Origin: Trichoplax adhaerens
Taxonomy: Eukaryota > Animalia > Placozoa
Length of the DNA stretch: 64,000 nucleotides
Reading direction: 5' to 3'
Assembly (NCBI RefSeq): GCF_000150275.1
Contig: NW_002060948.1
Span: forward strand, 3,485,183-3,549,182
The translations under genes and the position numbers were made by a program. The notes beneath the pieces are model-generated. The model had not been told where the DNA came from. It searched no databases and was given only the letters and a program-made list of their open reading frames with translations. Below are positions 13,367 to 25,160 of the stretch, in pieces; the first letter of the stretch is position 1; each line of letters opens with the position of its first letter.

Positions 13367-16300
13367 TTACAATTCATCACGAGAATCTCGGTTGGGATAT
13401 TCGTCGACGTCTTCTTCTTCATCTGGCATCTGCATTTCTTCCTCCTCTTCATCGCCATTTCTTTCATCCTTATTTTCTCCCTTAGTTGAAAGTTCTTTTC
13501 GGCTCGTAAAAAGTGGATCTTCTCCATCCTCGAACTGAGTATAACCTTCTTTCACACGAATTCCTTCACCTTCCCCTTTTCGGTAAAATTCATACTTTTT
13601 TTCCGCATCACCATCATAGTAGATTTCCATTGGATCAACCTTTGGCACCTGTTCCCTTTGATCGCGATACACAAAAACATCTGCATAGTCGTTAACGTGT
13701 TCAGGTGGCATATCATCTTCAAATAAGTTTAATACACGTTTCATGTTCTTTTTTCGCTCCTTTTTGCTGATTTTGCCATCTTTATCGTTGTCAAACTCTT
13801 GTATAACCTATATAATCATCATCAATAAATTGTTTAAAGGTTGGTTATTATTATTTTCATTTTATGAATTACGCGTGTGTTATAGTCGTCAAATCGAACA
13901 AGATAAAACTTTTATTAGCTCGCGTTCTATATGATATTCTAACTAATATATACAAGAGAAATACTAGAAATGCGCTGACCTCAATAGCTACTCGTTCCGA
14001 TCCACCCAGGTTACGCTAGATAAAAAATATTTTATAGCCGTTCAAGCCAAGCATTAAATAGAAGCTCTAAACCTAATTCGATAGCTTAAATATTATGTGT
14101 AACGCATTCAAAGCTTAATAATATTTGCATATATAAAAATTTACCCTATAATATTCTTTAAATTGTTCACAGTCAATGCCACCCTTTTCATCTTTTACTT
14201 CACGAAAGACCTCCCTATAGATCGTCAAAATGCGATAACATATAAGATTAGGTTTGAAAGTAAGCAATTTTTACGCAGAAGTTCCAGATATAATAATCAA
14301 CATAATTAAAATTATTGTATAGCGCAATTTATTATTGCCGTTCTACCGATGATGATCACGCACAATTTTAACAAATCAAGTATCAAATACAATTAAAAAA
14401 GCTATGGTATCCTTTTAAAATGGATATAGGGAACAATTCTGCAAACTTTTTAATTGATATATTGTAAATAGGGTACAATTATTGATACCTCATTTGATCT
14501 TTAGTAAACAAGCGATACTCATATTGTAGTGTGTTAACAGGATCCAATTCTGATATGAAAATTATTGGTTTAAACGCATCCATAGGTAAAGCCGATATTT
14601 CGTCCACGGTGATAAATTTTTTATTTTTCAATTTAAAGTTTTCAATAGCCTATATTAGAAAACACCTATTTCTTACTCTCTACGGTGTATATGCAATATG
14701 AAATATCAAGCATAGATTTCAATAGATTCAAGATAGACTGGATAATTAATATAAATTGCATTCAGTAATTTTTGTTGCAACAATAATATAATCCATGGTA
14801 AGATAGAAATTCCTATAAAGTGCTTACTTTCTTTCTTGCTTCACGTCTTTTTTGTGGATCTTCCGGAAGTATAGTCTAAAACGAATCATTTTAGGTGATT
14901 ATTGAGCTAGATATTCCTGATTTGTCATAAATATATTTCCAATGAAGTAAGCCTTGATATAGATAAGTGCCTTATTCCAATTATCGTTCCAGTACTTTTT
15001 AGCTAAACTATTCGTAAGATCAGCTGATGACGTAGGAAGATAGCATGATTGCATAAAAAATGAAAATATTTTCATACTGCTCTGTAGTTTTTGGTAATCT
15101 ACTTAATGTCATCTTATAAAATTGTTGTAGAACGTCGTTAATAAAGCAGAAATTGATAGCGGTTAATTCTATGATTCTTTATATTCTACCGAACATTATT
15201 TTCGTAAAATTGTAATAGAATGTTCTTAGTAACGAGATGGATAATGATATTTTAGCATTATTACAACATATACTTTCAGTATTTTTAGTGCGCTACGCCA
15301 TGATACGCGATCTTTATTAAATTACACTAAACATATCTGAAGCTATTGTGCTCTAAAATATAATTCTCTAGTATTATATCAACATCTAGAGTTTCTGAAT
15401 AATTCATATATCATTTTCTTCCTCTACAGTATCGCTTATAGCGGATACTGGATATTATATCAATTCAACAATCTATACTAAGTGTAGCAATACCTGTCCT
15501 ATCCTTTTCATGAAGAGTTTAGTAGTTATATTCTTCTTTCCTCGGAATGCGCGTAATGCTGCTCTCCTATATGTTTATTATTAAGATTAGTGAACACCTA
15601 AGCATAAATTTTCAACTGTATCGTGAAAATTAGTGTCGCTGAAAAGTAGTAGTGGGCAGTATAAGCCTTCTTTCTTTAACTGACAGAGTAAATATTCGAT
15701 TGATTAAAATGTTGTTAATACATTATTCTCATTAAACTTTGTGTCATATAACTTATAAGAGTTGTTCTCATATTTGCTGACAGTTAGAGCCGATCACAGA
15801 TCAACTACAGTATGTCGTCAATTTTTGTTTTAAGAGCATACCTGTATACTGCTGGTTCTTGTAATCCCATCGTCAGTGTCGTGGCCCCATCAAAATCCCA
15901 AGCAACTGTTGAATCCGCTAAGTTTTTAGGTCCTTGTTTCTCGCAACCGGCGTCATTAAACTTTTTAGAATGCGATAAACTGCGAGAAAACAAAAAGGAC
16001 ACGGCCATGTTTTTTTCGCCGTATGATCGGACATGATGTAATGTACCTAAAGAGACGATGACGAGTTAATCAATTAACTTTTCTTAGTTATAGACGCTAT
16101 GGTCGTTCGCAAAAATAAAGTTTATCCATTAAGACATTAGTTGTTAATATCTTACTTTGCTTTATTTATTATTATATAAAGACATTATTAAGAGAAAATT
16201 GGTAGTCGATATTAGATCTTTGAAATTATTTTTTCGGTTAAATGTTGTTGAATGATGCAACTTACCATAAGGGACGTATAAGCAATCTCCTGCTGATACG

Positions 16301-18210
16301 TTAGCAATATGATATGGGCAATCGCGGAATTTTGAGAACTGGATTAAATCGACCTTGGTTACTTTAAGTACAGAATAACCTCCACCATCCATAGATGGCT
16401 CTTTTGCCAATGGTACCATATATTCATGCTCAGGTCTAATCAAAATCCAATCTTTCGTCCCATTGAGTACACAATTGAGGATATTGGCTATCGAAAATTG
16501 AATAATTACATGAACTTAAGATTAATGCGTATTATTTGCGATTAAAGCTATATTAAAACTACAGCAACAAGGCCTTATAATTCAACGTGCTTAATGAAAT
16601 GCTCACGGGCGACGAAAGAGTACGTTCAAGTCACGAGAATTGCAACAGTTGGTCAAAATGAAATAAAATCTACATGGTATACTACATCTAGCAGAGTCTT
16701 AGAGATTCGATGACAAAATCAGGGCTTCTGGTTCATTTGATGATCAGATAAATTTGAAGATTTACGAACTTGTACATATATCATCCTTAATATTAGCGAG
16801 ATTCATATGGAAGCAATGACAAACTAAATTGATCAAAGAATATCTCCAGTTATTCATCCAGAAAGGCTTCGAACCAATGGTCTTTCTAGCGTAACAGTAA
16901 ATTAAGTCTAATTCAAAATAATGCTATCGGTTCCACGTATTTTATAATTTTCTTTTTGAGTCTGAAGTTCATATTTTTGTAATCTAATTGAACACATTAG
17001 CAAACAAGGATTACTATTTCAGTAATCGTGTTTATAACACTTTCTAACCGTTGATGCTTTTATTAATAAGAAAAGTCTTTCTCTCATTTATTAAATCAAT
17101 CATGATCGTCAAATGAATGTTTAAGCGATCCACCCATCTCTAACGTAAAGTCAATATTAGTGAAGTAGTAAACAAGCATGTCTCCAAGCAGTCTTGCGTT
17201 TTCTTTCTGCCACCTTCTATCTTAGTAAATAGGAAATAGACTACGATAATTATGCTATACTAATTATCATAGAAAAATAATAAACTATTTCGCATCTAAG
17301 AGATAAGTTTAACAGTCCTTTGACAATCGGTTGAAATAAAAAAATGACAATGCCAAGACGAGAGACTCTTAACCTTATACAACGTGATGGATATGAAATA
17401 TGTACAGTTTACGTTTAAGTAATATTAATAATTGAATCTTAGTTAGGGCTCAAATGACGAGTCGTAATCGTTGCTCTTTAATTTTTGACTACACTAATCT
17501 CGTCATAATTAAAAATTAACTTTTATAGGCTATACAATGTGCATAGAAACACAAACTCATGATTATGATTGCGATGTGAAAAGTATCCAAGTAACAGATC
17601 AGTAATTTGATCCTGCTAGTATGTCATTGCTTAGGAGTTTAATGCATTTCAAATTCTACTTACGCGCATCTTTGTGTAGTAAACTCCTGGTTCCACCACT
17701 ACTCATCCAGTAATTTACTTCAACGATAGAATCATTAAAATCACCGCATGCTAGACAAGGAGGAACTAAGACGTCGCCGTACATCGGTTTAGGGAGTTGA
17801 GAAACGATGTACTTATTCTCCTTAACATAAGTTGATACAAAATGTTTAAGAGAGTCGCGAGCTAAGCTAACATCACCGGCTGGATATTGATAACCTTCTC
17901 TTTTGCTCTCTAATCGAACATTTAAGTGGCCATACTTTTCCGATATGTACGGATCAGTCCATAAAGATTTGGCCGGGAAATCTTTAGCGGCTCCCTTTAT
18001 AAGTACCGCTGTCCTTTTACTAACATACTTTCTCCAAAATTCTTCTGCTGATGGTATTTCTTGCAAAATATCAATATGACCTTCCGAATCGCGGTGTAGC
18101 CCTAAATCCTGCATATGACCACGAGGGACTTCTTGCTGACTCTCCTTTGCCAAAGATAAATTGGCGATTGCCAACAAAAATCCAATCAAAACGACGTAAA
18201 AACGATTCAT
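13367..18210 (-). CDS. ER-luminal JmjC/EF-hand/RDEL oxygenase, paralog 3
   Basis: Exons 18210-17664, 16487-16266, 16046-15842, 15566-15494, 14875-14828, 14649-14489, 14214-14145, 14015-13980, 13807-13367. Signal peptide MNRFYVVLIGFLLAIANLSLA. Motifs SLLHKD, GTKDW, YGTLHHVRS intact. EF loop DNDKDGKISKKE, acidic tail, RDEL*. Confidence 0.92.
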
Positions 18211-20411
18211 TTTTTATTCGCCAATTTACGTCAAAAATTATATATCGTCGTAACAACGGCCACTAAACTTGATCTATTCCAAGACGCAGTAATCGTGACT
18301 AAATGAACTGGATGGCTAAACTACTAGTTAAGGAAACTATAGAATGAAACACTTCTTTTGTTTATCCTTCTTATTCTTATGATGATCTAACATTCATCAG
18401 GTCGTCGATGAACAAACAGTTCCTTGAATAGATGACGTCTATTTATTAATTCATATTTAACTTCCATCAAATAAATTATCAATTAGCTCTAGTCGATTAT
18501 CTACATCAATAATAGGCGTCTTTTATGACTTACAGAATCGTAATAGGATATAGACTCACATAGTTATGGCACAAAACATTCAATATGTAAAGTTAAAAGC
18601 TTTCAATTGTCCTTATTTTAGCCTATTAAGAAATTACTACTATTTAAATTCAGTAGATTCCACCCATATGAACCGATTGTGAACCGAACTCTTGGCATAT
18701 CTACTGTTATTCGACATGAATTACAAACAGCTAAATTAATATTAAATGCTGCTTCTATATATTATAAGCTGAGAAATGACTTTATTGTGATTAGATTAAT
18801 ATACTGATTCTGAATAATATGGAAAATATAGACGTCGCAGATTATATAAATTTTTAGCATATAAAATTAAATTTCACTTTTTGAGTAAGAAATACCTTAT
18901 GCTAATCGCCAATGATCGATCACTAATTAATATAGGGTTATAGTAGTTCTAAATTGAAACAAAGAAGCAACATTTTATTAATTATAATTGCTGGATATTA
19001 TGTGATGATGACAGTAAGACGACGCTGAAGAAATGGCAAAGGATCATTTGACATTGGACTAGCCAAGGAAATGAAGCTTTCATCTAGTTTAACGCATACT
19101 GTATTTACTCGTATACTGAGTGATCATGAGATTGATGTGTGAAAATGTTTAGTCTAGGGTAGTAGCTAATTGAATCATTACCATTTCACTAAGCTGGATC
19201 GTTAAATAGATAACAATTTAAGATAGATATCGATAAAAATCATCTTTGAAAGTGATTTAGACTTAATATAAGAAAAAGTTCTTTCGATTCCCATCCACCA
19301 TTTCACAAAGAACACTCAGAATTTACAGAAATCATATTTTTGTTGTCAACGTATAACTAATATCACTTGATAACATAGACATGATGATGAAAATAATGAT
19401 TTCAATTTATGGTTTATTTTGATCAGAATGTTCACGATAATTTCGCCACAAATGTTAGCACTACATAATGAAAATATTCAACAACGTAGATGTGATATAA
19501 ATTCATCACCATTTCGAACACATTCTATTAGTTTTACTTTGTAGCTTTCAGTGAAGAGCTACCGTGCTAAGATAACTCAACTTTAATTCCTGTGGTACTT
19601 GCAAGTTTCATGCCACGATTTTAGGTGGTAAATTGAATTCTTATTCATTCATTTTTAAATCATAGTATCATATTATTTATTACAGAGACTTTCTATAGTA
19701 AAAATATCATATTAGTGATTTAAAGCATGGGAAACTGCCTGCTAGTGGCTCGAAAGGGGAAGGGAAATTATTTCGTTGAATAGCTTGAGTGCTCGTAGCA
19801 ACGCAGTTTTTTAATCAAAAGTCAAATTCAAAATTCAAAAGTCCAACAATGTGACGTTAGCTAGTAATAATATATTAGAAGTCAAATTTCGTACAAGTAA
19901 CTACTAGCACATACTGAAATATAAATAGATCTTCGTACTTTTTGATATGGCAAAAGGATTAGCCATCGATAATATCGAAAGAAACTTTAGTAGATCGTGA
20001 AACAGTAGAGCTTATTATCATCGTCATTATTTACTTTCTATGCCTTTTCTTAGCATGATAAAAAAAAGTTCAGCTCTTATAGCTAATTCTATTGTTATAA
20101 TTAACTGTCTATAATCGTATAGGTGTGCCTATCATTGAATTTTACGTGATTTTCACCAAATACAGTCATAAAAAGAAACCCTATGCATGTCTGTGATGTA
20201 GCGAAAGCTTAGAAAAGGAATACGGTAACAAAGCTCCAAGCGTTTTATAGATTACTTTCGACTGTGGCCAATTTACTTTAGCGCTTAGTATCTATATTTA
20301 TACCACTCATTTCATAAGCAAGACTAAATGAGATATAATAATTAGAACGTATCAATTCTTATTACATTAATTCCTGAACTTATTTTATTGCAAATACATT
20401 ATGTACAAATT

Positions 20412-23400
20412 ATGGATGGCAATAACAAATACTTTGTGTTGATACTGCTCCATTTGTCACTAGCTTCCACTCATACTCTGCGTGGTCATTTACAACCTCT
20501 CGGTTTTCAACGTGATACTGATGGCGATATAACTACTCTTTCTATCTTACCAAGCAATGAAGAGTTTTATCAACTGTTGATAAACAAGGAGACTGCTTTA
20601 CTTAAAAATGCTGCTAAGCGTAGTCCAGCTATTGATCACTGGACAGAAAAATATTTAAAAGAAAAGTATGGCAATCTTACACTTAAACTAGAAGGGAAGA
20701 GTGAAGATCAGACAAGACCGGAAGGAAACTTAGGCTTAGGATTTGATACTATTAGTAACTTCATTGACAGCTACCATATCCAACCAAAGTATGCGGTTAC
20801 ACAATTACCTGATCCAATGCGTCATGAAATCTTCGTTATGCCATTTATGAGATGTGGACCCTTATCCACGAGTGTTATTGAAAGCCATTTATGGATGAGC
20901 TCAGGGCAAACCAGCAGCAGATTACACCGAGATAACAGTAAGACTACATTAGAAGTAAACCAGTATCCATGTCCATTTTGATAGCCAATTTTACTCAATA
21001 TCGAATGAGATGCCAAGAAATAATGTCTATAACAACATTTAAAGAAAAAATCTAAATAAAAACTTTCAATATAGATAGGCTCTTTATTGTATCTTAATGT
21101 TAATTTATAAATACTCGTTCAAAACATTTATAAAACGACTGAAATCATTCATTTCCTTACTCTTTTTAGCTTATACTCTTCATTGTTCAATTAAAGGCAG
21201 GAAAGATTGGATACTAATGGACTCTAAACATCTAGATAAAATGTACATTAATAATCAGGTGGACAATTTCTCAGGATCATCTTCTATCAACCCAGACCGT
21301 GTTAATTTACTACGATATCCTCGTATTGCTGAGATTCCATTTAAACAGGGAAATATTACTCCTGGTGATTGCATTCTGGTACCGCCAGGTACGAGAAAGA
21401 TAGTCTCCATCAGTATGACGACACGATGAGTTAGTTGATTCGTCCTGTAGTAAATTTTTTTCTCACTGCTTATTTTCAGTTTCTAGACGCTTACTACTAC
21501 ACTTGTAAAGTACTCGAAAGCTATCCGAGACATTGCTAATTATTTTTAATTAACTTGAGAATTATCCACTCTAGTCACTTTAAGGCGCGGTACAACTTAC
21601 TATTTAATATAGTCAACACATCTTCTTTAAATAAAGTAGGATCTGATTAATAGTTTAAAGAATGCACTTCCAACAATCGTTGTTAACTGATGCATAAAAC
21701 TAAATGTGCATTCAAATATCGTCTCAAGTAATTTAACACAATTTTATCATTGACGACTAAACCGCCTGTACTATCCTTGTTTAATATGCATCATTGCAAA
21801 CAATATTGGTAGTGATTGTAAAGTGCGTAATACTGTAATTCTACTAATATGCGGTAGCTGATTTCTTCTAAGCTTAAAGTAATCTATTGCATATTTCAAA
21901 AGGTTGCGCCCATCAAGTTCGTTCTCATGGCCCAGTGAATGTTGCCTTTACGTTTTTATTTGAAATTACTGATGACAAACTGAAAAATTTCAATCCTATC
22001 CATTGCAGTCAAGACTATGTACCACTAAGTCAATACCACCTAAGTTGGAGCTACTCAGGTAGTGGAATCCTTAGCATGGGGAATTCTGAATCCAACACAT
22101 TTAGGTACGGTACTATGGATTCTTTAGAGTTACCTTCTAGTGTGGTGTAGCAGTATTAATTAACTTACCTTTATATATCTTGATTTTCTTGATAATTTAC
22201 TCTACAAGAAGCAGTTACTACAACAAGATTCTGCTGCAGTTTGCTGTTTAATTTTTAAAACCGTTTTTGGAATTGGTAGTCTGTCACTATTACTTAACTG
22301 TCCATTATCATATCATAACTTTATCTTAAGTATTAATTAGTTACCGTTCAATTCATGGTTCATGAAGATACATCAGACTTGGACAATAAAGCTTGACGAT
22401 ATCATTTTATATGTAGGAAGGAAATACTAGAACAATGGTTTGGAAAGCGTACTAAAATCCATTTTAATATAATTCAGGATACTTTTGAAGGGGTAATACT
22501 TGATTTGAAACTTACCGTTGATGTCTGTTACAGATTTTTGATCGAATTATTTTCTATATTAGCTACTGAAGTATTATCCTAAAGAAGCAACTAAAGTCAC
22601 CACATTAGTGAAAGACATTGTAAGTTCCTGTCAGTTTGCATCAGTGTAAGAGCATAGCCTATAGCAGTGTTCATTAGATTATGAAATAATGAAAAAGTGT
22701 GACTTTCTCCCTGTAATTCGTTTTTGGGGCCATCATCTATCCGCTCCTTGAAGCTAAAACAATATAATGCCATTAATTCGAATGAAATCGTGTCGAGAGA
22801 AAGATGTGAGTCTATTACAATAGAAGACTGGAGGAAATTCCAATTTATAATTGAATCAGCAACCAATATTCAAAACAATCCTGACTACGAGTACTATCTT
22901 ACTAGCTACAGATTAGTTAGGTATTGCTTCAGAATGATCATACAGTTAACCAATATAAATGAGGAATTCATGCCAATAAAATAAATGATAATGCATTTTT
23001 TTACAGACAAGTAGCCGAAGAAGCAGTGGTCGAAACCTCTGGTTTATTTGACAAAATTAAGTTTAAGAACGGTTATAGGGTAAATAAAATTTGCGTCGAA
23101 TCACTTTTAGTATCTTATATGTTGCGTGTGCATATATGTATAATATACCGCAAGCCTCCAATCTGTAATTAATCTCATGCTGAAGGCATTCATTCGATTC
23201 ATTTTTATAGGCTGTGGGTGGCTCGGGGGCATTCGCAGATAAAGTAAGTCAATCAATTTAGCAGTAATTATGATTATAGTCGTATATCTTTACCAATAGT
23301 ATATTATTTTTAAGTTTTATCATCAAAGTAGTTATTATTGCTGATATATTAATGTTGTGCTACATTAAGTACTTAAGGTGTTAATACGCCTATAAGTACC

Positions 23401-23760
23401 GTACTGCACTGATCGATCATCACCGTCGCCGTTAATAGCTCTTAATTGTATACTTGACCTCTTTCGACATAATAGATCCTTACAGCCTTGGATTCGAATC
23501 AAGACGGACTAATAACTATAAGTGAGGTTGCTAGTAATCTAGATGTAGCATTAGAAAGTTATAAATTGGTTGAGTATGATGATGATGTCAATGTACCATC
23601 CGACGGAGAAGGAGGTAATCAGGAAGACGATGAAGACCGCGGTGGCGCAAGTGAAGAGGAAGATGAAGGAATAGATTCAGAAGAAGATCCTGATGTTGAA
23701 AATAAACAAATGACTTCGTCGTCCGAATATCATAATAAGAAGAAACACGATGAATTATGA
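20412..23760 (+). CDS. ER-luminal JmjC/EF-hand/HDEL oxygenase, paralog 4 (divergent orientation, most diverged)
   Basis: Exons 20412-20937, 21170-21388, 21903-22104, 22417-22492, 22563-22619, 22754-22920, 23007-23079, 23211-23243, 23476-23760 (exon 5/6 borders less certain). Signal peptide MDGNNKYFVLILLHLSLAST. Motifs SRLHRD, GRKDW, PGDCILVPPGCAHQVRS intact. EF loop DSNQDGLITISE, acidic tail, HDEL*. Confidence 0.9.
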
Positions 23761-24948
23761 AATACAGTGTGTAAATATCAAATATCAGCAGTTTATTGAT
23801 ATACGAATGCTCTTGTCTAGACGTGTGCCTGGTTATTACTGTCCAGGGATATAATCCAAATACATGATCGATCATATTGCAACCAGTAATATTTCATTAA
23901 TCGATGTCAATACTAATTGTAAAACACGATAACTATACGTTCATGATATGTTCGAGAATCAACATTATTATTATTTAATCATGCACATATACTCATCTAA
24001 TTGATATGAATGATTAGATGAGAATACGTTTCATAATGGCCATTTGTTAACTTTAGAAGGATAATTTAACTTTATATGCTGTAGGAGTTTCTGACGAGAC
24101 TATAAAAGGCTGTTGCCTGAAGATCACTTTTTAGTAAGTAGCCGGTTAGTTAGTCAACTAGCTTGTCAATTGAATTGTTAAGACTATAATCTTGGTTGTC
24201 AAGATTTCTTCAGTATTAAATAGTAGTCATTTCCTGACTACCTCGTCTACACTATCAGTGGCTGTATAATTACACTATTCGGTCTTTGGAACTGAACTAT
24301 TTGGTGATATAGCTAATCTCGTCTCTTTCAGTCCGTAAAGGCGTTCTTCGTAAGCGTTGGCGTGTAGACTTACTTTATCACTAGTGGTATATGACATCCA
24401 CGTTATCATATCTAATTACTAATTATATTGCATGATGGAATCAGTAGAGTACGTGCATCCATAGCATGCCTATCTTGATCTATGTAACTACCTCTATCAT
24501 CATATACATCAGCTTCCAAGTAGTCAAAGCATTCTTGTTCTCCATGATGACATATCTCTATCCTAGTAGCTTACCCTTGTAATACCAAATATCCTAAATC
24601 ATTGCAAATCAGATTGAATACCGGTACCGTGATTGGGTGTTTTTATCCAAATTGTGCCTTAAATCAAATCATCATTTGATTTGGATTCGATTTTCAGATT
24701 TCATCTGAGAATTAATGGGGACTCGATTTGATGGAGATAACTCATTTTTGATTTGATAGAATTCTGGTATAAGAAGTCAATTCCATTCGTAACTGGATTC
24801 ATAATATCTCAATGTCAAAATTTAGAATCATTTGATTTCTCCAATGTACTTTTATCCTCATTCAGTCTACTGACATCCTATCGATCTGGACCAACTAGCA
24901 TCGCAGCTATGCTGTCTTCCAATGTGGGAGTGAAGCTGCAAAAAGATT

Positions 24949-25125
24949 TCTGTACTTTGTTATACATACAGTACAGTACAGTACAGTACTGTACTGTACA
25001 GTATACTATACAGTACTGTACACTGTACAATATACAGTACAGTACTACAGTATACAGTGTACTGTACTTGAAAGTACAGTAGAGTACAGTGTACAGTACT
25101 ACACTGAGTGTACTGTACACTGTAC
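24949..25125. repeat. Low-complexity quasi-palindromic (CAGTA/TACTG/CAGTG)n tract
   Basis: Directly visible: tacagtacagtacagtacagtactgtactgtacagtatactatacagtactgtacactgtac... Built from 5-mers and their reverse complements. Confidence 0.9.
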
Positions 25126-25140
25126 CATCAAGTTAAAAAA

Positions 25141-25160
25141 TTCAAACATTCCGCGGGAAA
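25141..25160 (-). promoter_or_regulatory. E2F/CDE-CHR (DREAM-type) cell-cycle promoter element
   Basis: Minus strand reads TTTCCCGCGG-AATG-TTTGAA: E2F consensus TTTCCCGC overlapping CDE CGCGG, a 4-nt spacer, then CHR TTTGAA. Lies ~1.15 kb upstream of the TRAIP ATG, with a candidate 5'UTR donor at 25531/25532. Confidence 0.65.

Noticed and set aside
23992-24022. 10-bp inverted repeat CTCATCTAAT...ATTAGATGAG 3' of paralog 4
   Set aside because: Single short AT-rich stem with no other support; compatible with chance.
24270-24555. Short minus-strand reading frames (MSHGEQECFDYLEADVYDDRG...) downstream of paralog 4
   Set aside because: No recognisable homology, and I could not build a convincing exon chain.
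24753-25120. ORFs rich in Y/C/T/V/Q (and similar ORFs at 49170-49414)
   Set aside because: They are translation artefacts of the CAGTA/TACTG low-complexity tracts.
24949-25125. CRISPR-like or telomeric array
   Set aside because: There is no constant repeat with unique spacers, no uniform telomeric unit, and the context is eukaryotic and interstitial.
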